Assembly (NCBI GenBank): GCA_964304625.1
Contig: OZ199840.1
Location: 593,284 to 657,283, forward strand
Length of the DNA: 64,000 nucleotides
Direction: 5' to 3'
Origin: Kudoa neothunni
Taxonomy: Eukaryota > Animalia > Cnidaria
Positions 26,700 to 39,849 of this stretch are shown in pieces. The notes beneath the pieces are model-generated. The model ran no database searches and was not told the origin of the DNA. It was given only the letters and a program-made list of their open reading frames with translations. The translations under genes were made by a program, and so were the position numbers. How positions within the stretch are numbered: position 1 is the stretch's first letter; each line of letters begins with the position of its first letter.

Positions 26700-28260
26700 A
26701 AAGGTTCCATGTGACTCAAAATTAGGGATTTGAGATAATGAGAGAAAACGATAAATCTAGCCACGAATTTCAATCATTTTGTGAATGAAGTTGATACCAT
26801 TTTTACTGGTTCATCTGATAAAACATATGAATCTGCGTTTGAGAAAGATATTAAAGATTCAAAAACCAGTAAAAGTGACTTTTAATGGAATTTTAATAAA
26901 CCTTAAATCTTTATTGTTGGTGCTTAAACATAATAAAATCAACCATCTGATTTAATGATGCATTTTATACGCGTCCAAAATATGCTCGATTTCTTTATTA
27001 TTTTTTTCATCAGCATTATTGAAAATATAATAGAATACATCATTGTGTATTGAAGGACACATTTAACGAGAGATTCGATTGATGTGGACCTTATATAATT
27101 CAACGAATGTACCGGAGTCTTGATTTCAATGGTAATCCACTAAGACAATCAGAAACCGCTGTCGGAATTGTTTGTTTTAGCTGAAGGTAAAGAAATCTAT
27201 CGTCAGTAAAAGAAAGATTTAAAGAAACTTCAAGATGTTTATTTTTCGATGATTTTCAAACTAGGTAAACACCAGAGAAGTTGATAAATCTTATTTATAT
27301 ATATATATATATATATATATGGGTAATTTGAGCGAAGAAAGTGCCAAAGTTCCTTTTACCTATTAAGATAAAACGACTGAATTAACATTTTGACGCATTT
27401 GTGAAAACTGTTCCACTTTAAACGATATCTTTATAAAGTCAGCGAAATATGGATTTAAATTCCTCTTATTAGTTGATTTGACTCAAAATTATGCTATAAA
27501 TTGTCCCCATATCTTCGTAAGAATTGAAATGAAAGTGTTCGAATTTCAAATGTTGGCGAAAATATTGTATTGTCAATATTCTAACAATAATGTCTTTGAA
27601 GATAAACGTAGCATACAACTTCTTCACATTTTTTCGGCTTTACTCAAAATTACTAGACATGAAGTTGACCTATTTAGGAACTCTATGACAACAAAAGGGA
27701 AATCCTCATGTGCTCTATTCTCCAACAAGACCTTTATATAAACTAAGTATTTTTTTAATGATTACTTCATAAGATAAACAATAGAAATAAATATTTTATT
27801 CTTTATCCAATTGATACAGAACATACAAAAACATAAAACGATCCACCAACAAAATTTAGAATAATTTTTTATAGTAAAGAAGACGGAGGTATAGATACTA
27901 TTGATCGAGTGCTAGCTTCTGATTCTATACGTAAATAAAAACCGAAGATGGTTAGCAACTATATTATACAATGTGGTAGATTTAACTATGGATAATGCAT
28001 TTTCGGTATTTATAAATATATTTAGTTGCAAAAAACATATCTTGTCGTTGTTTCTTAAAAAAATTCCTGAAGTATTGTATCAGCTACTTATTGAGAGAGA
28101 TTTAAAGGATCATAACGTTGTCAACACAAAACGGTCCCAAAAATATGATAGGAAAATTATTGAGATTACTTCATAAGAGAAGAGAATAAAAAATATTGTT
28201 GCGCTGTTATATTTTCCAATATCATGCAATAAATAAATGTTTAACCTGTGTAAAATTAAT
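26700..28260 (+). mobile_element. Decayed piggyBac transposase
   Basis: Fragments KYGFKF, FYSKEDGGIDTIDRVL, RWLATILYNVVDLTMDNAF; many stops; boundaries approximate. Confidence 0.75.
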
Positions 28261-28674
28261 TTTTATTTATAATATATATTATGTTTGGTTTATTTCAATA
28301 AGAATCTATTATTCTGTGTTATTGCCCCATTGGTAAAAGCCGAGAAACTCTTTTCCGTTTCAACTTTTCGAAAATATCCAAAGATACAATAATAAAAGGA
28401 ATTACTATAAAATTTGATACTATTTAATCCTAATTTTTCGAACAAAAAATCAATTTTATTTAATAAGATCATCTTTAATTCGAATATCAATAGAACCCAG
28501 AAACTTTAGTCTTTATTAGGCGGGTTTTTCGTTAACACAGATTTTTAAGAATATTTTTTTGAGAGAGAAATAATACATCGAGGTAAAAGTATTCAAATAA
28601 TAAAGATTTGTTTAAAAAAATAAAAAATTTAAAAAAACTTGTGATGTTTCTTAATGACATCAAGTCTAGTCGTC

Positions 28675-31600
28675 TTACTTTTTCATCACAACGGATCCAA
28701 CAATTACTGTGAAAACAACTGCTCCCCACAATTGCTGCTACAATAATTCTAAACAACCATTAATCAATTTAATAATGAAAAAGGTTACATCATCTGATTA
28801 CTAGGCCTAAATAATAATTGATAAATAAATGAAGTAGTGATTGTTATATAATACTTTGCACTATTCTTTTCACCTAAGAAAAAGGTCACTTTATTTATTA
28901 TATACAATATTTTTCTTATTACCTTGATTAATTTCCGCCACTCCAAAATAATCTTCATCAGCCTCAAGATAAACAGTCAAATGATAGTTATTATTTTCAG
29001 GCACGCCCGTAATGTCGAAACTTTTACAACTTGGAAATGATTCACACTGTGAAGTCGTGCTCATGCATGATTGTTCCATTAAATTTGATTTTGCACTAGA
29101 ATTACGTAATTCCCATTTACATTTGGAGTCACCCAGTTATTTTGGTGGAATGTGCGGTCTCTATAGTCAAGGTAATTCCATCACGCGTTATAGAAACATC
29201 TAAAACTTTTTGAACATCGGTAGGGTTGCCTTTAAATCTTATCTAATAGAAAATGTTATTGATTCATATTAATACATTCATAATATTAGTTAAATTTCTA
29301 TTACTCGAAGGTATTTCAATAGTGGCTTCAGATGATTTTCCTAACGCGGTTACTATAACTTTGTATGGGTATCTTGCGCGGTAATCAGTTGTAAACACAA
29401 TAGAACTGCACATTGGCATTTCTAAACATCCACTAATATTGGTGTTTGTATTTTTAGCATTTTCTGGTGCATCGTTAGCTATTCCACCTGTTCTGGCTAC
29501 TTTAGATGACTCCAAATTTGATTCTTTTGTTTTTTGAGATGGTTGTGAACTTGGTTCTGCAACATTGCTAGGTGTATCAGATACTGGAGAAACTTCGGGA
29601 GATTTAGGTTTAGGTAATACTTCAGATGGCGCGGGTTCTGTCGCTGATTGAGGATCTGACACTTGTGGTGTTGAAGGAGGAGAAGGAGGAGAAGGACACA
29701 TTAAAACACGCTCAAAATTCATCTTTCATTTTAACTTGAACCTCATATTGGCATGATGCTGGAGTATCTGTTGACAGCTCTGCATTCACCTCGAATCCTT
29801 CCAAATTAAATTTATATGTAACGTTTAAAGTTGCCAATTCTAAATAAATATAAGTGCAAAATTTTATTTGAAAATGTACTCATTTGAACTGCACTGTATA
29901 TGTGTTCTGCATAGTCCTTGTGAGCAATTACTTTAATATCGTATTGCACACCAGGCTCCAAGTCAACTATTTTTTTTGTATCCTTACACCATCCTCTACA
30001 TGGATTGCTATCTTCACATTCGGCGGGATAGTAATAATCCTTTCCAGCCAAGCTGATATAATATTCACATGTTGGTTCTTCCGATTTTTCAGTTCCGACG
30101 TTACCTTCTACAGCTTTCAACGATATATCCGATGTTGTTGTTATTGGAACAGTAGAAACATAACTTTTATCATCATTAATGGCTTAAAGAATGTTAAACT
30201 TTTATTTTTATGTAGAGATACTTACTTGTTCGAATAAATATTTTTTCTTTAAATTGGGTCGGGTCACTTATTCCCAATGAAGCTACTTCAATAATGTAAG
30301 GTTTTCCTGCCTCAAGACCAGTGACAGCCAGTTTAGCTTCCTCTTTTTTGCAACTTCCTCCGTTGATCATTAGTTAAATTACTACCATCAGGACATTTAG
30401 AAGTAGTAGTAGTAGTAGTAGTTGCTGTTCCAGTAGATTTAGGTTTATCGGCAAGGTAATGAGTAAAAGTAGGGGTTCCATCCGATCCAACTTTAAAGAA
30501 TGATGAATCAAAGGTGACTCCAACCTTTGTAAACTCCGATAATAATCCAACTCCCGTTTCGGTTATGGCTAATGATATTTAAATTATGGAAACATAACAA
30601 TCTTTAATTGATTAATTAGTACCGTATTTATTTTGTTTAAATCCATCATAAGTGTTGCCCTCCTTTTTTTCTAAATCATGATGCCTTGTTTGTATCAAAA
30701 TGGTGTAAACCGATTTGGCAGCTGACACATTTAAACTGACATTTTTGCAAGGAGCATAACATTCACCATCGTTGTTTCCACAATTTGACTCAAATGCGAC
30801 GTCGTTTGCCGCAGCGGCTGCATCTTTGACTTTGAAGATGCAGATCTCGTGAGAATGTGCATTAGTAAACTTTACAGTAATCTGTTTTTCATCATCAGAC
30901 TTTTTTGTCAAGTAAAACTGTGGTTGATAAATATCGATGGCTTTTTTCATATATTCATTAGGCATGTTATAAAAAAAGCTGGGGTAGTGAGTACATCTAA
31001 CCTCATAGTGTGGAATTAGAAGGTCAAAAGCGACTGAATTTGCAGCAGTAGTTTGTGTATCGCAATCGGCCGCTGGTGTGCCTGCTTCATAATTCATACT
31101 TTTGTAGTAAATTGGGCAGGCTACTGGAGTGCATGTTTTCGTAGCTAGCTTTAGTTTACCCGATTCAGCTTCCGTGAAACAAAAAATTGAGGGTTCACCA
31201 GCAATGCTAAAGAAGCAATCTAAAAAATTGTTTTTATCAAAGTTACGTGTAGACAGACCAAACACTCTTCCACTTTTTTCATCTTCCGCGGTATTAGGTT
31301 CAGTTGCACTTGTTTTGATAACTACGTGAACGTAACTGGTTCTTGGAGAGAATTTATTATATTCTAGTTTTATATCTTCGCCTGAACATGCTCGAATACA
31401 TTCATTTTTAGGATCACTAGTATTTTTATTTTCGGGACAATCATCGATTTTTGCAAATTCAAGATTATCACCATTTTTTCGTTGATTTCCTGATGTGGCA
31501 AAACTTTTCAGAAGGAGTGTAGCTATCCCCTCCTAGAATAAGCTGCACTTTGAATTTATTTGGGCCAGTTTCTTTAACAATTTGATAACTGATTGTTTCA

Positions 31601-31828
31601 GTTGATGAGGATGGGGATGTGGGTGATGTAGAAGATACTGACGTAGGAGATGTTTGTGTAGAAGGCGACGAACCAGAGGATTGTTGAGAATCGGCTTGTA
31701 AAGATGGTACTGAAAGGCGTGATTCTTCGAAACATGCTTGATTAATGAGGACTACAAGTTATAAATAAAGTAAATAATAAAATTTTAAAGTTACTTAGTA
31801 TGAAAAAAAGTTTAGATAACAACAACAT
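28675..31828 (-). CDS. Type-I membrane protein with about six Cys-containing FN3-like domains and S/T/P-rich linkers (about 6 frameshifts)
   Basis: Signal MLLLSKLFFIL|ILINQACF; S/T/P tract; FN3 signatures GLEAGKPYIIEVAS, DLEPGVQYDIKVIA, RARYPYKVIVTA, GVPENNNYHLTV; C-terminal TM IIVAAIVG/AVVFTVIVGSVVMKK. Confidence 0.75.
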
Positions 31829-32359
31829 TATATATAATATTTAACTGATAATTAATAAAACTATAGACGTATATACTAAATATTGTATAGAAGGATTATC
31901 TAAAACGTCAATCCATGAATGCATTCACATTATTGATGATTCAAAGTAAACATTCATTGAACGGTGAAAAACAGTCCAATAATATACATACATATATAGC
32001 AAATTTAACAATCGGAATTTATTTAATAATGGAGACAAATATGCGAATATTTTGTATTACTACTTTGAAATAAAATAAAATATATTTTATACATAATATA
32101 ATCTAACAATAAAATAAAAAGTGGTTCTTAACAAGCTTTATAAAATCTATTATACAAGACACTTCACAATAAAGTAAAAAGAGCAGCCTAAACGTGCGAG
32201 TTGACGAACTAAACAATTTTCTAAATAAAAATTTTTTAATAATTCTAATTCTCTTGTTCCCAAATTTATACTTCTAGTTTAAAAATTATGTTTAATTGAA
32301 ATAATTTTTTATTCCATCTGCAAAAATTTTCTATTCGCATAAAATGTTTAAATGTAACT

Positions 32360-34510
32360 TTAAACATTCACCATCATGGGCGCCAGCGTGAAAAAATTCA
32401 AACAATGATCATGACTTCATCTACATATTTACGAAGTTATTTAATTTTATTAATTACAAGAATAGAAAAATTCCTTTATTTTACATAAGCGGTATCTGCT
32501 TTTTTGTCTAACATTTCGGGGTAATGATCGACATTATCAAATATGATTGATTCAGATAATTTGTTAATTCTATTCTGAGTAGAATAACTAAAAGACTCTT
32601 TATTCGTTGATGAGTCATGGGAAAAGCGTCCACACTTTGTTGCTACATTTTATTTTTTATAATGAATTAAATGTTCACTTAAGGACTCTGTAACAGACAA
32701 AAGTTACATTAATTCATTATTGGGAATTCCTTTAACTTTTTAATTTCGACGATATAACAACCAATCATTCATTATAGTCGTGTTCAAACTCCAAAGGAAT
32801 ATATCCACGTAAAATTTACGTTGCTTGTGGTTTAATTTATATAAAACCACCAACATATCCGATAGGTCTACCCCGCCCATATTTGTGTTGGACTCGGACA
32901 CAACATTAGGGCGTTTAATGGTAATCATTCTTCTTGTACGTCTATCAAATCTTTTTATTGTTCCGACTGGCTCTGAAGAAGAATGTGTGGAAGAAAATGT
33001 AACTACAGAACCATTATACCATTGAGTCATTATAATTCCGTTGGGGTTATCCTGCAAACTTTCGTATGACTTTTGACCTTTTTACCAAATGGATTGGGAG
33101 GTATCGATCGACAATTTTTAATGCTATTTCTTCCTACAGTTTTGACAGATTAGATATTTCGCTCTTCCAAAATTGTTTATAAAGGGGTAGATGCGAAAAA
33201 ATTGTTGAGGTGCACGACGGAAGTTTTATGGTTTGGAAGGCTCCCACAAATATTACAACTAAATCACCAGAAATTAGCCACTTGAATTATCAACTTTTAG
33301 AGCTTTTCTTTAATGCAAAATGTAATCATACATCAGGCCACTTGTCCCACATTTTGAAAACATTTAAACCCCATATTTAGTTGTTTTTTTAGACAGGTAT
33401 TGTTTAGCTTTACATTTCCGCTTGAAAAGTATCATTTTCCCATCAACTGAATGATAAATTTGGGGTTTACTTTTAAAAACGCTAACCAAAGATATTCCTA
33501 GAAAGGTGGAATATTAGCGAACCGATCATAATTGGGTGATGCTTGATCATTTGCTATCCTCTCATTATTGTGAAAATGAATTAACCTTGAGAATTTATCA
33601 AAACGATTTCTAGGAAAGACGTTCGAAACATGTGGGTGATCAAATGCTTTGCTCCGAAAACAGCGGTAACGCGGCATTCTTACGATTCCCATTGGGATAA
33701 TAACTACACGAAATTTTCGAATTTCACTAAAATCTGCGAGCAAATTTATAACTCATTTGATTTTATCAACAGTTTTAGCAGTTGTAATTATTTCGATCAA
33801 TGTTACGTCAAATAAGAATTTAAAATAATCGATTGAAAAGAAAAACTCTTGAACATCCTCCCAATTATCCAGTGTGACAACGTCACTCGGAATAGAGGTA
33901 GCGGGTCAGAGTCTTTCATGTGTTAATTCAATGTTTGCGTTATCGTCACACTAAAAATCATCTAATGAGACATAAAAATTAACAATGTTTAAGTTTGTTA
34001 AACAACTAATCTAAACATTAGGCACTGTGTAAGGGCTAGACAAATTAGTATCAGGCAAAACTATCAGTTCGGTGAGAGTATAACCATCATTTAGTTGGGT
34101 AACGTCAAAGTTGAGAATCACTTTGTTTTAAAAACGAGGTGCAAATACCTAGAGTTCAGTTACAGAAACACGTAATTTTTTATATATTTATTCAATGCGT
34201 TTTTAAATTTTAATTTACAGGTAAGAAAATAAATATTTACGCAGTTGTATAAATTTAAATATTTTGTTTCGATATTTTTAATAATAATAATGCAATAAGC
34301 CAAACACCAATATGGTTTTGTCAATCCATAATGTAGAAAAGTAAATTATAATAAAAATATTTAACTTTTTTTTAAATTCATGTTTACCTTTTTTTGACGA
34401 CAAAGAAATCATAAAATTAAAAAAACATCGATAAACTTTGTATAATTAAGATTCCACGAAAATAATAATAAATTGTTACTTAGGACGACTATTGAGTATT
34501 GGTGTGAAAG
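32360..34510 (-). mobile_element. Decayed piggyBac (PGBD-like) transposon
   Basis: MGIVRMPRYR, FPRNRFDKFSRLIHFHNN, NTNMGGVDLSDM, KFYVDIFLWSLN...WLLYR; boundaries approximate. Confidence 0.88.
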
Positions 34511-34759
34511 AGCAAAAATCATATCTGGAACAATAAAAGAAACTTTAGTATACGCGATTAACAAAAGATTTAGAAATTTTTATTCATTTATCTAGATAGT
34601 TAGGAAACACTGCTTTAAAGAGTTTAATAAAAAATCGACGATTTAATTTTTTATAATAAAAAACAATATGTAACGTAGATCAACAAAATAAAAACAACAA
34701 TGTTTAAAAAAATAAAAAATAGTACGATATCAATAAAATTTAATGTAATATCTTCGATA

Positions 34760-36519
34760 TTAATTTATTTGTTTAAAATAAAATATCTTAAACGGCAATT
34801 TTTCTCGATAGAAAAAAGCACCAATAATCACCAGCAAAATTAGAAGACCAATTCCAATTGGAATATATATGTAGGCGACTTTAATGTGAGTATTATTTTG
34901 GTGTCGAGGTTGAGAATTTTCCATTTTAAAACTGTTGTCTTCTACTATCAATGGTCTATCATCGCTAATAGTTGCTAACAATTTTTCTAACTTATTCCTT
35001 TCATTATCCAATTTGGCTAAATTTAATTTAATTTTTTTGTTGATCTGTTGATTTGCAACACCAATATCAATAATTTTGTTGTCGAAAATGTCCATTTCAT
35101 ATACATAGGATTTTATGTTGGTAAGATTTCTTGAGGAAGAATACGTGTATTCATTTTTCCCATATGGATTGAAACAATCCTGAAAGTAGTCAATATTTTG
35201 TTTCAATAAACCGCCGATAATATATTCCAAAGAAGCAAACACAGTATATTCAAGTTTTCTACTTTGCTTATACCCAATAGCTTCATAAAGTGTGGTTAGA
35301 TGAGTTGATTCGAGTACTTTAATTTTTTGTTCCATCTCTGAAATTAATTTTAGTACATTTCTAACTGTAGATGAATCCTCCATTAGACGACTGATGGTTG
35401 CTCTCATTCTAGCAATAATAATTTCAAAAGGTCCTATTTTTGAGATGGGAAGAGAAGGTCTATGTTGTGTTATATTTTTAAGATAGAGATCGAATTTTTC
35501 AATTGCTATATTAACGTCATTGAACAAGTAGTTTGAAAATTTTTGGGTTGCATTTTTGATAGATTTTAGGTTGGCGTCTATTTTCTCGAACGAGACACCT
35601 TTAATTCGGTCTATAAATACTCCTGCAAGTGAATATTTTTCGGCGGCTTGGTTTTTGAAGTCAGCTATTTCAGTAGAGTGAACAGAAATCGCTTTTTGAA
35701 TGATGTCATATTCCTTTAGGAGTTTTTGTAAACCAATATCCAACTGAGGAACACGTGGAAGATTCTTACATGCTTTTTTTATAGTTTTTGTAACATTTTT
35801 TAATTCAGTCATCGCTTGTTCCATCGTTTTTTCATAATTTACACTTGAATCTATCTGTTTGTAGTCGATGTTATGTTGATGGTTGGTTTGTGCACATAGA
35901 CCTTGGGCCAATTTAATATTTTCGGCATACTTCTCTATGACTCCTTTAATTGTCATAACATTATTATCATCCATTCTCATTTTATCTAGATAATCCATTG
36001 TTTCGCGCTTCTCATCAATAAAAATAGTAATTGCATTTTTCGTTTCTTTTAGGGATGTGTCCCAGCCATCCATCGTTTGGTAATGCTCGGTGAGTGCCTT
36101 ATCTAACTTTTCATAGTTATCGAGGACGAATCTTGCATTCATAAAAAATTTGTATGTTGTGGTAACTTCTTCAAGCCCTTTGCTTAATTCTAATTGGTTG
36201 GGATAATTGGCGAAGTTATTATTATCAAATTTTGTATATATTTCTGTTATATTGCAATAATGGAATTGCTTGTCGTTGATATTGTAATTTTCTAGTCTGT
36301 ATCTTGTGAATGGTGCATTGATATTGTCGACACAATATTTTTGATACAAATTCTTGGAAGAGTCCTTCGGTGAAGCTTCATCTGGAAGAGTCGCACACGT
36401 AAGTGTAGGTGGTCTTTGGAAGAGAATAACTATAAACATGATTTTTATCTACATTCTTCTTTATTGTATATAAAAAAATGTTTACCCAATAAATAAACAA
36501 AACAGAAAGTCGAACTCAT
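34760..36519 (-). CDS. Intact helical/coiled-coil type-I membrane protein of about 570 aa, family unrecognised
   Basis: Signal exon MSSTFCFVYLL|VILFQRPP (phase-1 intron) joins the 559-aa ORF; C-terminal TM IYIPIGIGLLILLVIIGAFFY and a short basic tail. Confidence 0.88.
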
Positions 36520-37247
36520 GTTGACGATGAGTCCAAACGTGACTTTGTCGCCTTTTATTGATTATTGAATCGGTCCTAACACTATTAAAATATAAGTGAT
36601 TTGAACCTCATTTGTAAGCATAAGATCTGACGGAGCATTGTTTATTGATTCACTGTTTGAATACTGTGTTACTACAATGACATATTCCGTATTATGCTAC
36701 AATCAAATAAAGCATTATGCTCCTACAAGTTACTTAATAGTTTATAAATGTCAATTACCTTAAAAAAAAATCAATCATTTAATTAAGATTTTATTTTGAC
36801 ATTCATCTAATAGTATTAACAACCCGAATAAATCCAAGTTTGCCATACAGACTAACGCTTATTCGTCGAAGAGATATTATTGTTTTATTAGCCATTAAAA
36901 TAGTGAAATTATTATTATTTTGCTGGTTTCTCAACCTAAGATAGTTTGATGACAAATTTGGACCTACTTGTAAATACCAATTTTTCGTGTTTCCGTTATT
37001 TTATTATTTATTTATTGGTATTATAAATGAGGCTAAAATAAGAATAAATTCAACGAGATTTATTGTATTTATTTAGGATGACAAAATCTTTCTTGCGACA
37101 TATATTCGTTAAATCAAGTTTCATTATTTCTCCTTAGATTGCCGACTAGCGATCATTAAAATTAATAATTGATGAAATATTTGATTTGTGTGTGTTGTTT
37201 ACGACACAAAATCTCTTTCAATACTGTACGTTTCAACTTCAACCGTA

Positions 37248-38421
37248 CGTGGGGTCTGTTAAAAAAGTATCGAGACTAGTCTAATATTGAGTATTAAAAG
37301 TTATGATCAAATTCGACGTCGCGTGATCAAATGTCTGAGAATCACGAACAGCGGATTTGTATAAAGTTTTGAGTTAAACTTGGCAAACCACTACGGAAAC
37401 ATATTTTATGATTCAAAATGCATTTTTAAATGAGTCTATGAGTCGATATAGAGTTTATGTGTGGTGTAGAATATTTAAATCGGGAGAAATATCTGTTGAA
37501 AGCAATGATCACAATGGAAGACCCTTATCGAGCAAAAATACTGAATTAACTAAAATTGTAAAATATTTAATTAATTCAGATAAAACACAAACTATGAGGG
37601 AAATTAATGAAGAAACAGGAATTTCACTTGGGTCATGCCACGCAATTTCAACGGATGATCTTGGAATGAGACGATTTGCGGTCAAGTTTGTTCCACGTTT
37701 GCTTACGAAAGAACGGAAAAAATAACTTTATGAAATTTCATGTAACCACCTCCAAAGAGTATCAGAATATGATAAACTAATGTCCTTTATCATTAATGAC
37801 GATGAGACGTGGGTTTCCGACTATGCCCCAGAAACCAAGTCGCAATCATCCGAGTGGAAGACTCCATCATCACCACGACCGAAAAAAAGCACGGCAAGTT
37901 AAAAATAAAGGTTTTATTGTATTTTTTGGCACAATGGGAATTGTTACTTAGTTAGGAATATGCACCTGAGGGCCAAACGGTAACTAGTGAATATTATCTA
38001 ATGTTCTACGCCCCCTTATAGACGCTATTCGCAGAAAGATACCTGAAATGCCGAGCAGTGATGGTTGGACTCTGCATCACGATAACGCTTCTGCTCATTC
38101 ATCTACTAAAATTCAACGATTTCTGTCCAAATTTAATATTGAACAACTCCATCATCCACCACATTCTACGAATTTGGCACCCTGTGACTTTTTTTGTTCC
38201 CGATGATAAAGTTTCACTTAAAGAGAAAAGATTTTCTTCGATTACAGAAATTAAATAAAATGAGATGAAGGAATCATTTTCCCTCCAAAAAACAGACTTT
38301 TCTCAAAGTTTCCAAAATTAGAATAATTGTTGGAAAAAGTGAATTGATTGGGAAGGTGATTATTTTGAAGGGACATAAATCCAATAGTTATAATTGTAGA
38401 TATTTTTTTGAACAGACCGCG
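37248..38421 (+). mobile_element. Near full-length inactive mariner element
   Basis: TA-CGTGGGGTCTGTTAAAAAAGTATC / GATATTTTTTTGAACAGACCGCG TIRs; motifs FVPRLL, DDETWV, ETKSQSSEW, LHHDNASAH, HPPHSTNLAPCDF; stops and frameshifts. Confidence 0.93.
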
Positions 38422-39849
38422 AATAATACAACAAAAACTTACTATTAACAATTGTTAACTTATTTTTTTAATAAATTTATATTTTATTCATAATTAAATT
38501 ACTGATGTTTGGCCATATTAAAAAATACTTTTTTACCGATCAATTACACCAGCAAGAATTATACTTCACCCTCTAATGGACTTGAGGTACTATACACTCC
38601 AAGTCGATATTCATTCTTTCTTTAAATGATGCATTATCATCAAAAGTTCAAGAAATATTCGTTAATATTCCTAATAATTAATACATATTCTGCTATCTAA
38701 GATTTGAAAGTAATCATGACTTATCTGTGAACACAAAATTTATTTCCAACAAATCCGGAGTAAAAATAAGCCAATTCGATTTGGTTTTAAGTTTGGGTAA
38801 TAGTCAATAAGAATGAATACATTTACGATTTCAAGATATATATTGGAAAATATGAAGTCGTAGATCGTTTACTTGGACTTGACGCATATGTAGTTATGAA
38901 CTTCCTAGATGAAGTAAATGATTCTGCAGGAATTATGATTTATTTAATATTTTTTTACAACAAAAACATTGAAAAAAAATCATGGAAACTAGAATAATTA
39001 GTTTTATTACAACTGAAAAGTATCCATTTATACCCTCAAAAATTTTTGCTAGGAACAGAAGAGGTCATTCTGAAGAATAACACAAAGCCATTACTTGTTA
39101 TTAGCAATTATCTTTTATGTCATCAATCAACAACAATTCAAAGGTTTTGGAAAATAAAAAAAGCAAATTCCTATATTCCAACCATATATGATTGAAGTCT
39201 ATAACAAATACATCTGTGATATAGATTTAGCATACAATAAAATCAATAATTACCGCATTTCTTTTGATGTTAAAAATGGCGGTATTGGCAATTACTTACC
39301 AATTTAATATCTACATGTGTTGTCAACTTGTTGGGAAATATTCTGCTTATGGCGAGAGCTCCGTTTTTTCACTATACCTCATCGATAAATGACCTCAATT
39401 TTACTTAAAATGTGCGGACCAATTTCAGATATTAGAAGACCATCTTTAGCGAATAAAATAATGAAAAATATATGTCATAAATCCATTACATGATTGTACT
39501 AGCTGCTCTATCCGATTACACCAGAAATGCTTTTCAATATTCCATAAATTAATAATTATTAAAGGTATTCAATATTATAAATAATGTATAGGTTGATATA
39601 GCTATTTATTTTGGGATTGTGATCGGCGGGATTTTAGATGAAGTTTATAACAAACTTAAAAAAAATGATCTGATTATTAATCGAATGATGAAATTAATTT
39701 TAAAGAGAACTAATTACCCAATTATATGGAAAGATAGAGGAAATCGATTTGATAAGCTAACACGCATTCAAAAACGAAAACACTTTCAAATTAAATCAGG
39801 GTTAAGAAAAAATATGTTGAAACAATCTCATAATTAATATATGTCGTTT

